Part shown: in pieces, positions 1 through 12,800 of the stretch
Position numbering within the stretch: position 1 is the first letter of the stretch
Layout: each line of letters begins with the position of its first letter
Assembly (NCBI GenBank): GCA_964187785.1
Contig: OZ076412.1
Coordinates: 63,612,001 to 63,676,000, forward strand
DNA from: Amphiscolops sp. MND2022
Lineage: Eukaryota
Reading direction: 5' to 3'
DNA: 64,000 nucleotides
Program-made: the position numbers and the translations under genes
The notes under the pieces: generated by a model
Databases searched by the model: none
Told to the model about the DNA's origin: nothing
The model's input: only the letters and a program-made list of their open reading frames with translations

Positions 1-732
1 GTTAGTTCAAAGACGTTTTTATAGCTGTTCATCTTCGTTCAGTTTGCAGTTGCTCATTTTGGCTTGAAGGTGCACTGGTCAAGACGATTGATTGTTCTGC
101 ATTGAACTTTAGGATTAGTTATGATTAAGGAGAAGGCTGGGGTAAATCCCTCTATTCTGTTTGGTTAACTCAATCGTTTTAACCCATTTTAATCCCAGGT
201 ATTGACGTTATGCCAACGTCGCGTTTTTATTGGTTGCAAATCAATTATTTCGCTGAACCACATTTGTCAAAGTTTTGCTGACGTCACTTCCGTTGCTTTA
301 GCTAACTTTTGAATTTAACACCGTTTTGATGCCGTCATTTTAGATTATAGGATTAATTTTCAATCCCAATAACTTTTTTCGACGATTTGCCGACGTCAAT
401 TTCGTTAGTTTTCAGCTAGTTTTTGGATTTGTCACCAATTTGATGACGTCCTTTTCAAGGAAGTTGTTTTTATTCTGTTTCAATTTTAGATTCCTTGCTG
501 TTTACAATGAGTTTCCGTTCTGGTACTCCTTCTGCTTTCGATCTCGGCGCAGAAAGTGGTCATGAGACACACTTTGTATTCTCAGGAGGTGATGTGCGAC
601 ACACTGATGCGGATGACATTCGTCGGATTTTAGTTGGTAAGGTCACCATTCCCTGATCCATTAAGGTTTTGTGAAATATACGTGTAACAGATAGGCCTTT
701 TCTGTGTTTGTATTTCCACAGCCTAAATTTTC

Positions 733-3700
733 TTGACATGTCGGATATGGGAATGTGTTTTAGCAACAGAAGTTTTTTCTCCTGTCAATTCCAATCCGAC
801 TGTGCCTCCTGTTGTGGTTACAACAGCTGATGTCACCTCCTTAGTTGGGGGACTTTCCACTGCGGCCAACGTTGGTGATCTGGCTACTGTTTCTTTTCCG
901 CCTGTTCTTGCTGTTGGTGTTGCAGACGTTGTTTCGTCGCCAGAGGCGAGTGACGATGTCCCTCTTGCTAAAGTTCTTGTCGACGCTGGGACGGCACGTG
1001 CTGCTATTTCTGCTTCTGTCGAGGAGGTTAGTTCTCACGGAGGTGAGGTTGTTTGCCCCCCGGTGAAAAAAATCAGATGCGCCTAGGGCCTCAACTCCAG
1101 TTACTGGCGCTGGGGTAGGAAGTCTGGTATCCCCTCGTTTCAGTTATTTCCTGCAAGGTTTTGATAAAACCTGTGAGGGGTTGTCAAAATCACTAACTCC
1201 TAAAAAAGTTGGTTTATTGAAGGGTCTGGAGTAATTGTTTTTGAGTTTCGTGATCCATTGTATTTGTTGTTGTTTGAGTGTCTTTCCCTGACGTTGGAGG
1301 GTCTGTTGAGGGCACATCTTCAAAACGGAAGCGTCGGGCAGTTCTTTCCACTGCTGTTTGCATGCGTCAGACGTTCGCTGCTGAGAGTAATACTTGTCAT
1401 TTGTTTCTTTTCTTTTTTGTCTTTCAGTTAGCAATAATTAGTATATTTTGTTGGTAGTGACGGTAAAGGGGCGAATGGTGTTCCTACTGGACTGTTCACT
1501 CAGAGTGCTGCTATGTTGTGCGATTTTGCTACGTCGAGTGTCGAGCAGCAAGGCGTTGGTCCTCTTCTCTCTAGTTAGTGATGGTTTATTTGAATGTTGT
1601 TTGCCGTAGAATTGTGCTCTTTGTCGTTTTATTTCCTTCGTTTTGGGTGTTCGAGGTATGCACTGTATATTCGAGTGGGGCGTGTTGTTATAGGGATGCA
1701 GGAGTTAGTGTGTCGGATGGATACAAGTTTGGAGAAAGCTGCATCGAGAGAACGTCCACCGAAAAAATACAGTAGCCGGCACATACTACGCAAAGACATA
1801 GTTAAGAGATCATCCGATCTTTAGTCTTTTTGTCAGTGGTTCGAGTACCGGGTCTGCCACTAGCTTTTACTGCATGATATGCAGATGTGATGTCTTTATG
1901 CAGTCCCGTTGTGCTCGTGAGCTTACTCGTCACTACTCTGCCGATGAACATTGGTTGCGTGGTGTGACGTTTCCTGTGCAGCAAGATTTGCCTGTGTACA
2001 ACCAGTTGATGAATCCGAATACCCTGACTGCAGAAGAGAGAAAGAGACGGTATTTGAGTCGTCCTCGCATCGAAAACGACGAGGGTTTCAACTTTCCTGA
2101 AGACATGCTCCCATCATGTACCCGTACTGACTCGTCAGTGCCTCTCATGACGATGGTCATTTTTGTTGCGGAGTTGTGTCGTTGCGGAGGGAGTTACACT
2201 CTCCTGTGAAAACTGTGAGGTTGTTTTCGGGCAACTATGGGTACCGAAAATCCTCTGTATAATCTGCACCGGGATCGTTAGGAAATGCTGGTTAGTCACA
2301 CTTTCTAAGTGTGTTGTGACTTTTTTTGGTTTTTGTTTGTCGCGTTGTCCTATCCTTTCGCTTTGGTGTGGTTTTAGAACTTTTAGAGCAGAAGTTTTTG
2401 TGTTTCCAGTCCCTTGTGTGTCGTGCCCCTTTTTCCTCGGGTGCTCCGTACAGCCGTCTCGCGTGCAGAGGCTTTTGGGGCCTATAGTGTGTCATTTGAG
2501 GATCACTTCGACGGGCAGCTATTGGTAGTTCGGACGTGGAAAGGGAAAATTCTCCTGGAAATGTGTGCGAACGTGGAGCCTCTTGGACAACGTGTGCCGG
2601 ACGCTGAGTTGTCATTGCTGTCTCGAGTGGTAAGTAGTCTGTCTGAGGTGAACCCATCAGTGTTCACGGAGTTGGCCAATTTCTGTTACGAGTACTCAGC
2701 GAGGAGCGTACTGATGGTCGCAAGTTTGTGCTTGCTCGTGGATTTAGCTCTGAAGTCTTTCTGCACTGTTATTGGTTAGCTCACCAAGAGTTATTTGGCA
2801 TGCTTGAGGTTACCACCATGATAGAGTTTCTGACGCTGTGCCTACGTGAGTATGTGCGGTATACTGGGCCCCGTCATGTGAAGACTTCCTTTAATATGGT
2901 AATGATTTGATGTCTTTTATTCGCATGTTGTTCATACATTGGTTCCGTTGTGATGTCGGAGAAGGGGTCGTCTGTTGTCGTAATTCTGTTCTCATTTCCA
3001 TTTATACTTGTGCTTTAGATGCATGGCACTGACTGGCTGGTGAGTTCAGAACCAACGAACCGGTTGCGACTTGGGTTTTTTCTTCACGTGCTCGATCTGT
3101 GTAAGTCGTGGATATTTTTGTTTTTTTTTTTACTCTTCTTTCTTGTGTTGTTAGGGCTCTTTGTAGTGTGTTGTTGTAGTTGTGTAGGTTGGTTGCTTTC
3201 CGTGACACCCAGGTGATGTGTTTTAGATCCTTGTACCTTCAGAAAATAGGAATCTGGACGTCAGGGTTACGGATTCCATGCGTATAGTGAGGTCAGTCAG
3301 TTCGTCTACAGTCTTCTTTCTCGCAGTTGTGTTCTAGCTGACATGCCTGAGTCTACAAACTGGGAATCCTTTGTTGATGTTTCGAAACTGACCCATCCGA
3401 AAACTTTCTTCAGATGACTTCTTGAAGCACTATGAATTTGATCGCGAACTGCATTGTTCGAACACGAGTGATCTTCTGGACTTTCGTAATTGTAGCTGTG
3501 AATTTGTGGACCGTCTGGTAGACGTTTTTTTTGGTTTCTGCTGACTTTTTCTGGGAGTCTATTGTTTCTGTCCGGCGATTTTACTGAAAGGATACGATCA
3601 GCACATCTCTCATCTTTATTCACGGCTTGTTCGTGTTCTTGAAGGGAGTGGTTGTTTGTCTTACAGCGATAGCCTGGCGAGTATAGAAGAGTTCATATGC

Positions 3701-4363
3701 TAACCTTTGTTGTCAAAGTCCGTGCGCGGCATGCTGGATCTGAACGCAGCGCTGAAATGATTGACGACATTGTGGCGTATTTGCTAGCCGACTATAGTTT
3801 CATGTCTCGTCGGAGTTTAGTACGTGTGCTGAAAATGTGTTGCCTCGCTATTGAATGTCCCCAGAAGAAATTTCGTGCAGTCGAGATTGATCTAGGAGGA
3901 TGCTTAGTGCCTGAGTCTGTTATAACGTCGTGTGTGCGAGGCGTGCAGAGCTTTGTTTCGTCAGCCAGTTATAAAGCTGGGGCATTTTTCACCCAAGGAA
4001 CAATGGATTGTGGGAGTACTGCTTTTTCTAGTAGCATGATTTCACGTTGTCTTCAACATTTGACACTTGGGATGGACTTTGTTGTGCTAGTCGCCCGGAG
4101 TTGGTTTTCAAATTTTTTTAGCATGTTCTGCGCGGTTGGCTATGAAGAAGAAAGAAGCTGGCAAACAGATGTATGTTGCGAATCGTGAGTCTCGGCAATC
4201 TAGTGTGGCTGTTTCATCTTGGTCTGAGAGTCGGTCGGCAGTTTCCGTATTGCCTGTGCCTTCTCTAGTGCAAGGTTCATCGTCTCGTGTTCCAGCTCCC
4301 AGTAGGTTTGCGACTTCAAGACGTCGGGGAAAACGGTCAATAGTGGCTTACGTACTTTGTTAA
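733..4363 (+). pseudogene. Degraded antisense accessory gene of element 1; homolog of the hAT-transposase-like gene of element 2
   Basis: Fragments align by eye to the element 2 gene: SRCARELTRHYSADEHWLR ~ TKGSFEILSHYRTDAHLVR; YSVSFEDHFDGQLLVVRTW ~ FSLQLHTNQDNSQVVLTFW; RRSLVRVLKMCCL..SCVRGVQS ~ RENLFTVFKLCTL..SCVRSIQS. Splice signals sit at matching positions (|gtaatg ~2899, tgtgttttag| ~3226). Many stops and frameshifts. Confidence 0.75.
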
Positions 4364-4660
4364 GTCAAAAGAAAACTGTGAAGGATGTGGAAGGGACCTC
4401 TGGGAAGAAGGCCAAGAAAAACTTGAAGAAACTTGAGAATGGGGGCACATAATCTGCGAAGCGGAGCGCGAATAGCTCTTCAAATGATCGTGCTTCCGGC
4501 TCGAAAAGCTGAAATTTAGTAGAAATGTTGTTGCATATTGGTGATGAAACTTGTTGTTTTATTTATTTGCTCTGCTTATTTGTATTGCGCATATCTGTTT
4601 TTAGATGGTTGCTGTTGTCTTTAATTGAGAATCGTCAGACTCTAGATAATATTTTTTTTC

Positions 4661-7600
4661 TTAGTGAGTCGTGGTTGTTGCGTCAAGTCGTCTGAAGTCA
4701 GCATCTGCGTTAGCTTTAGGATTAGGTCGCAGATTGTACTTAGCTGTTTTTCTCGGGTTATATCCGACAACTGTAGGCGGTGATTTTGGGCTGAATAGGT
4801 GGACTTACAGTGGGTGGCGGGGCGTCGTATATATGGAATACCCCCACGTCCGTGGTAAGATTTGAAAAGTCTGGAGACAACGGTGTTACGTCATTCATGT
4901 CTTCGCTTTGATTTTCTGTTTCTTTTTGCACTGTGTTATCATTTTTCGTATCCGTTACTTCTTGTGTTATGGCTTGTTGATTATTGTTTGCAACTATGTT
5001 CGTCAATTTGTTTTCCAAAATCCATTTCCCAGGAGGCTGCGTACTTACGTTGTGCGACACTCTGACGTCTGGATCCGGGAGATATTCATTTGCTCGTACT
5101 GTGACGTCGAGTATGTATTGTTCTGGTACGTAAAGGCGTATGCGTATTTTGTGTTGCGTGTGTGTATATCTTTTGCCGGTTGTCCGTATCGTGAAATTAT
5201 TATTTGACAGTACTTGATTACTATATTTGGTCCCGTCCAGATGCAACCTTTAAATGCAAATTTTGTCGAGTGGTTGTCGGCCTTCGGGTTAAAAATATAG
5301 CAAAAGTCGTATATTTTGAATGTGGCTTCGGACGCTTTTCGGTCGTAGTGTTTTTTGTGTTTGAGTTAGGATAGCATGATATTGTCTTTTGCTGTCGCAC
5401 TCACTTCGTCAATTTGTTTTTGTAGCTGTTCTGCTATATCTGAGTTAGGCGTAACTTTCCATTTTGGCTTGATTCTCAATTTTAAATCAAGGACGTTGTA
5501 GGATGTTCGTCCATGGAATACTGTGGATGGTTCACAGCCTAAGGTTTCGTTGTACTTTGGGTTGTAATTCATGACGGCAGTTTGGACGTATTTGCGCCAC
5601 ATTGATTGTCTTCTCCGGTCGATATTTTCAAGGCTGTTATGATTTAAGCATGTGTTCGTTCTAGAATCCCAATTGTTTGCGCGTGTTTCGTAGAGGCATG
5701 GCTAATTTGGATCTCCGATATCTGTGTTATTTCCGCGTCGATATCTGATCTGAATTGTGATTCTTCATCTGATAAGATTAACGTTGGCATATATGCCTGT
5801 CTCGTCCAATATATCGTCCACTTGTTTTTGCGGTGACATTCTACGTTGGGTATGCGAATAAATAATTCACATAGAATGTGTTCACAATAGATGTGTTGTT
5901 AATCATTTTTGGTCTGATTCGGCCGTTATTGATTCTTTTGTGCTTGATACAGTCTTTGCACTCTAATACATAATGTTTGATGCTTTTGGCTAGTCCTGTG
6001 TAGTAGTATTTTGATATGCATTCTTGTGTCTTTTTCGTGATTCCCGGGTGCTTTCCCATTTGTCCAAGAATCGTTTTTACGAGTTCTGTAAGTAGGTGTT
6101 CGAGGATTAGTATTTGATGATAAGTGACTTGACCACATTCCCCTTAGTATTTGCGCATTAGTATGCCAGCTTTGACTATTAGTCTGTTTTCGTGGACAAG
6201 GAGGCGTCTTGTTCTCGGTCAGTTTGTAAGAGGTGTTTGTCATATTCTTCACAGATGAGTTTCCGTTTTATTGCTTTGAACACCAAGTCTGCGTCTAGTT
6301 CGACTCTTATGCGTGCATCTTGTTTTATTGCCACAAATGTGTATGACGCATTGTTTTTTGGGATTGGGGTTGTTTCTTTGAAAGACTCTTTTATTTTTGT
6401 CGTCTCTTCGTCGCGGGCATTTTATTGTGCTTGCTCCTTTTGTAGTATTGTTTCTTCCTCGGTCTCGATAGTTTCTTCTGGAAGGAAAAAAAGTTGTTCT
6501 TCAACTGCGACGGCTGTTGATTGTAAATTGACCTGTATTGGTCGGATTGTGATGTCGTTTCTAACTTTTAGTTCAACTTTTTTTGGAGTTGAGGTCGATC
6601 CTAGATAGGAAGTCAGATGCTGTGATTTGCGTTCCCGCTACGTGCATGATGTGGAAATTGAATTGTAGTACATAGTCGCATGCATTTCATACTGTAGGAG
6701 GAATCGCCTTTGTTTGGAAGAAGCGTGTTATCGATTTGTTGTCGGTCATTACCAGCGTGGGTAGTGTTGTTTCCCACAATATAGGTCTGTATTCTAGAAT
6801 TGCGTGGTATGTCGCTCGGAACTCTTTGCAATAAATTGACATTTTTAGTTGTGTTGGGAAAACGCTTTTGATCCAAATGCCACAGGAGTAAAAGAATTCG
6901 TTTTGGAATTGAGTTCTTAGTGTGACGTCGAGTATGCATTGTTCTGGTACGTAAGGGCGTATGCGTATTTTGTGTAGCGTGTGTGTATATCTTATGCCGG
7001 TTGTCCGTATCGTGAAATTAATATTTGACAGTACTTGATTACTATATATGGTCCCGTCCAGATGCAATCTTGGAATGCAAATTTTGTCGATTGGTTGTCG
7101 GCCTTCGGGTTAAAGATATAGCGATAGTCGTTTATTTTGAGCGTGGCTGCGGACGCCTTTCGGTCGTAGTACTTTTTGTGTTTGAGTTAAGATAGCATGA
7201 TATTGTCTTTTGCTGTCGCACTCACTTCGTCAATTTGTTCTTGTAGCTGTTCTGCTATATCTGAATTAGACGTAACTTTCCGTTTAGGCGTGATTCTCAA
7301 TTTTAAATCAAGGACGTTGTAGGATGTTCGTCCATAGAATGCTGTGGATGGTTCACAGCCTAAAGTTTCGTGGTACTTTGGGTTGTAATTCATGACAGCA
7401 ATATGGACGTATTTGCGCCACATTGATCATCTTCTCCGGTCGATATTTTCAAGGTTGTTATGATTGAAGCATGTGTTCGTTCCAGAATCCCAATTGTTTG
7501 CGCGTGTTTCGTAGAGGCATGGCTAATTTGGATTTCCAATATCTGTGTTATTTCCGCGTCGATATCTAATCTGAATTGTGATTCTTCATCTGATAAGATT

Positions 7601-10600
7601 AACGTTGGCATATATGCCTGGTTCGTCCAATATATCGTCCACTTGTTTTTGCGGTGACATTCTACGTTGGGTATGCGAATAGATAATTCACATAGAATGT
7701 GTTCACAATAGATGTGTTGTTAATCATTTTTGGTCTGATTCGGCTGTTTTTGATTCTTGTGTGCTTGATACAGTCTTTGCACTCTAATACCCAATGTTTG
7801 ATGCTTTTGGCTAGTCCTGGGTAGTAGTATTTTGATATGCATTCTTGTGTCATTTTCGTGATTCCCGGGTGCTTTTCCATTTGTCCAAGAATCGTTTTTA
7901 CGAGTTCTGTAAGTAGGTGTTCGAGGATTAGTATTTGATGATAAGTGACTTGACCACATTCCCCTTAGTATTTGCGCATTAGTATGCCAGCTTTGACTAT
8001 TAGTCTGTTTTCGTGGACAAGGAGGCGTCTTGCTCTCGGTCAGTTTGTAAGAGGTGTTTGTTATATTCTTCACATGAGTTTCCGTTTTATTGCTTTGAAC
8101 ACCAAGTCTGCGTCTAGTTCGACTCTGATGCGTGCATCTTGTTTTATTGCCACAAATGTGTATGACGCATTGTTTTTTGGGATTGGGGTTGTTTCTTTGA
8201 AAGACACTTTTATTTTTGTGGTCTCTTCGTCGCGGGCATTTTGTTGTGCTTGCTCCTTTTGTAGTATTGTTTCTTCCTCGGTCTCGATAGTTTCTTCTGG
8301 AAGGAAAAAAAGTTGTTCTTCATCTGCGACGGCTGTTGAGTGTAAATTGACCTGTATTGGTCGGATAGTGATGTCGTTTCTAACTTTTAGTTCAACTTTT
8401 TTTGGAGTTGAGGTCGATCCTAGATAGGAAGTCAGATGCTCTGATTTGCGTTCCCGCTACGTGCATGATGTGGAAATTGAATTGTAGTACATAGTCGCAT
8501 GCATTTCATACTGTGGGAGGAATCGCCTTTGTTTGGAAGAAGCGTGTTATCGATCTGTTGTCGGTCATTACCAGCGTGGGAAGTGTTGTTTCCCACAATA
8601 TAGGTCTGTATTCTAGAATTGCGTCGTATTTCGCTGGGAACTCTTTGCAATGAATTGACATTTTTAGTTGTGTTGGGAAAACGCTTTTGATCCAAATGCC
8701 ACAGAGGCAAAAGTTTTCGTTTTGGAAATGAGTTTTTAATCGTTTTCTTCCTCAATAATTAGCGCATGTCCTGAGGCGCGAAAGCTGGCAGCCGTCATTA
8801 GGACGTATTGGCGTCCTGTGATTGGTTGTTTGAGAGCTAATCCGCATGCTTCCGCTAGTGCTGCGTTGATCGCTTTGTAGTTGTCTAGTAACTCTTCTGT
8901 TACCTTGATTTGTTTATCTGCTTTCAGGAGTTCGTAAAATTCGAGCAATTTTTCTGACAGCCGCGGAATCTAGTTGCGGTAATTGTTGACAAAGCCTATA
9001 AATCTTTGTACTAGCTTCTTCGATTTTGGGAAACTCACATTTGCTAGAAGTAAACAGATTTTGTGCTCCTGGGGTGCGATTCCTTGTGGTGTATTGGTTC
9101 TCCCAAGGAATTCAACTTCAGTCACTGCGAAATGGCATTTTCAATTGTTAGTTTAAGTCCCGCGTGTCTGATGCATTCAAAAACGGCGCGGATGTTGCGT
9201 AAATATTGCCCGAATGAAATAGCAGCTATTCCAAAATCATCTACACATTGCGCACACTGGTCGGCTTTGAGCACTTTGTCTAAATAATCCCTCATGAAAC
9301 TTGAGAATGCAGATTTTGCTCTGCTCAATCCTTGTGCTAGTCGTTTGTAGGCGAACGTCCTGCTTGCGAAGTTGAAGGCTAGCATTTCATTTGGTTGTTG
9401 GTCTGCCATTTGCAAGCAGTGATATGCCTGTGAACAATCTAATTTGCAGAATAGTTTCTTTCCAGCTGGATGTTGCGCTGCATCTGACGGGGTGCTAACT
9501 GGATGCTTGTTGTTGATCGTCCGAGATTAGTGCGTTGATTTTTCGCAAATCGACAAGTGGTCGTAATTTTCTGTTTGGTTTACGTTGTGCGAAAATCGGA
9601 CTTGCATACTTTGAGAATGGCAGCGTTGTTATGATGCCGTACCTGTGCACTAGCGCAAGTTTGACTGTTAGGTCTTCTTTCAAGTTGATTGGTACCGGTA
9701 GGCATTGCGTGCAGATTGGATTTCATCCCTTGGCGTCCGTTTCACCTTGAAGCTGTTATTTATACCAATGTCGAGTCGATGACGCGCAAAAATGTCATTG
9801 TATTCAACTATGGTTTGTTCTAGCTGTTTTCTGTCCTTGCCTTCGATCTGAGAGACTTCCCAGTGGAACTTCTAGGAATTCTTTTCGTGATTCATGGTCA
9901 AGTTTTTAGGGTCTAGTTTCTCTTTTCTGATGAGTTTGCGGGTTCCTTTCAATGCCCGACGTTGGATTGGCGTGTGTTGTTCTTCATTTCCTGGATTTTC
10001 AGGTGTGGGGAACCCGAGATTTGCGTCGTTTCGTTCGTTTTCATTGGACTTCTTGAATTCATTTACGTAAATGTGGGTGTCATCGGTATTTTGCAACAAT
10101 TTTAGTGCAGCAGCGTCATTGGGTTGTATTTGGTTTGTATCCTCAAGTTTGAGGATTTGTAGTTCCGCCAATTTTGTGTGGTTTTTTATTGTGTGGGGGA
10201 AAACCGTCAGGTTGGCTATTCTGATGTTCATTCTCTTGTTGTGAGCTGTGTCCAGTACCGCCCGATATTTTGCATGAATTTCCGTCCTATTACGGAAAAG
10301 GACGTCTTTGAGAGGATGACAAAGGTATCCGTGAATGTGTACCTTCCGTTGTTGAATTGTATACCGGTTGTGGCTGTTGGTTGTTCTAGCTGGGCGTTTG
10401 CACTTTCGATTTTGAAAGGAGGAGGTTGAAGGTACTCCTTGATTACGCTACTATCACATTTCATTTTGATCGCATTGTAGAAGGACCAGGACATTGCGTT
10501 GATGAAGGTTCCTGAGTCAACGAGTCCGTCCATTGTTATTTCACCAAGTTCGAGTGTTAAGTTTATCATTCGTCGTCGTTTTTTGAGGACTACGGTTGAG

Positions 10601-11160
10601 TAGGACGTTTGATGACGTTTGAGGACTACGGTAGGGGAACGTTTGCGTCTCTCTCTTTTTCAGGTATGTATTATGCTTTGATGGAGTTAAGTGAGGCAGG
10701 ACAGTCGTCTGGAAAGGTAGATATCATGGTGGAACCAATGGTATCTTACTTTGGCAATTGTGAAGCCGATTCTTTGTCAAGGGCGTTTGTATTTTGGTCT
10801 ATCGTTGGTGCAATGGGTTGTTCCTTGAAAGTGAAGGAGGTTTGATCGTAAAGGTCTGGCCTGTCCCACGGGTCACATCTGTAGTCTTTATCACTTACAT
10901 AGACTTTCCCTTGTTCTGATGCTGGTAGTGGTCTCTTTGTTGTCATGTAATGGTCTTCGGAGTCTTTGAACCATTCTAGGTATTCTCTTTGTTGGTCATT
11001 CCTGGCGTTGTATCTTTTTATAGTGGCGATGGCTTGTCGTCTTAGCCAATCCTCCTCAGATGTCCCATTGCATTCCGTTGTTATCGTGTTTGGTGGGGGG
11101 ATCTCCTCTTAAATATGCCCTCGTGTCTACTGTTTCCCCAAAGCGCAGGCGCGGCGTAAT
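4661..11160 (-). pseudogene. pol pseudogene of element 1 (PR-RT-RH-IN)
   Basis: Fragmented ORFs 10228-10569 (PR), 9495-9683 and 9122-9415 (RT), 8736-8948 (RH) and 4758-8073 (IN). It ends ..KYNLRPNPKANAD.. with TAA at 4661-4663, matching the KYNLRPNP tail of element 2 Pol. Confidence 0.9.
5100..8735. repeat. ~1.82-kb tandem duplication of the RNaseH-integrase segment within element 1
   Basis: 5100-6918 matches 6919-8735 (offset 1819-1821; e.g. 6613 gtcagatgc vs 8432, and 5100 tgtgacgtcgagtat vs 6921). The copies differ by roughly 5-10% by eye. Confidence 0.9.
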
Positions 11161-12800
11161 TGGTTTTTGGTTCGTCGGTGGTTTTAGTTTTCGTAGGTTG
11201 GACGGGGTTATTCGTCTTTCGTACCTGTTGGTTGTGACGCTTTGGTCGTGGGTCGTTGGCAGAGATGGCTCCATTCCAACAATCTTCCGTTTTGTGTGGT
11301 TTGCGGCAAGTGTCACATTTGAGCGTATTGCCTGCTTTATTGTTGCATTTATCGATGTTTTTCAAGCCTGTTGCCACTTGTCTCTCTTCATTTTTTGACA
11401 TTCAGCCTTAAAATGGCCGAAATTATTGCAAGAGAAGCAATATCCCTGTCTGGTGTTCTGGGTGTTATTTTCTGCTGGTTTTGTTTCAATTGAGGGTTGG
11501 GCCGTTTTTCTTTTGTTTAGAGGGAGGAGGGTCAACTCGTCTGTCGCTCCGAGGCTGTTAAGCCTCAATTCTTTTTCCAAAAGAAGTACGATGTCGTTAT
11601 ATGGTTTATCCTCAAGATGCACCCTATTGAGTATTTTCTTAACGTGGTCTGGCGTTTTTGCGTACATTGCCTTGTTTATGAACTGTTGCGCTTCTGTTCC
11701 AAAAACTTCCTTTGCTGTTTTTTGGAGTACATCCAAAAATTCGGGGAGCTTTTGTGATGAGGGATCGAATTTGAGCGCGTCATAGTCACATCTTGCCTTT
11801 GCCATCGAGAGATAGTCTCCAAAATTACATTTGAAGATCGTCATTATTTCGTTTCAAGAGTCTTTTTTGGAATCTTGGATGTTACAAAACGCTTTTAGAG
11901 GCTCCTCGAAGGTGGAAGTGGAAATAATTTATTTTTTTTGGTTCTCCGTGAGATGTGGGTACATCTTGATGATGTTTTAGAAAAGCTGTTCGAAGAGTTC
12001 AAACTTCTCCGATTTCCCTTCAAAGGTTGAGAGGGAGACGGAGAGGGCTTTTGGCTTAAGCAATGTAGTGCCGTAACATTTATCTGGCACAAAGGGTGTT
12101 CTAGTCACTGTGGGACGCTCGTTTGACGCTGGTTGGCTTTGGGAACTTATTTTTGGTCTCTTAGGTTGGTTAGTGGAGTCGTTGAAAACTCCTGTCACCA
12201 TGTTACGATTTACGGTCGGTTCATCATTTTGAAATCTAATTGTTCTCACTTTCGTAGGAGTATAGAAGCTCCTGGTTTCGTTTTTTCGGTTCTTTATCGA
12301 TGTTTTCTCTCACATTTTTTCCTGTTTTAGGTCTCAACAATCTTAACATTTCCTTCTCAGATTTTTTGATGAGGTTCTTGATCTCGGACGTTATCACTTC
12401 CTTCACAGAAGTTCTCAGTTCTCTTTTTAAGAAGCTCTTTTCTACCCTAGGAGACTTCGCGCTCGAAGGACCCGCAATGCAAACGTCTTGATCTAATTGA
12501 CAGGCATTTTCCAATTCTATCGCTGAAACTAAACCTTCATTTACGTTCTCAGTGCTCTCCTGTTCATTGTTTCTTCTTTTCAGGCTCCTTTTAGTTGATA
12601 TTTTTAGATGAAGAGGTTCGATTTCAAAGTTTGAATTTATTCATTGAGATATTCTTTTCAACAAAGTTGGTGACAAGGTTTTCAAAGGTGAAAACTGCTC
12701 AACTAGTTTCAGCAACGAAGAAAGACAGAAGTCCTTCAGGAATTAAAGCTTTCTTTGTTTATACCCTCCTAGCATCAATTGATCACGCGTACATTCTTAA
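11160..12800 (-). pseudogene. gag pseudogene of element 1, 5' part inside the LTR
   Basis: ORF pieces 12236-12514, 11977-12249 (NRNMVTGVFND), 11362-11844 and 11081-11401, with capsid-like similarity to element 2 Gag and two knuckles. Confidence 0.85.
12190..12200 (-). promoter_or_regulatory. Primer-binding site TGGTGACAGGA of element 1
   Basis: Directly follows an LTR-like ..GTAACA end; identical 11 nt in element 2. Confidence 0.75.

Noticed and set aside
1-600. 3' LTR of element 1
   Set aside because: No match to the 12201-13900 LTR-side sequence; by analogy with element 2 the 3' LTR lies beyond the window.
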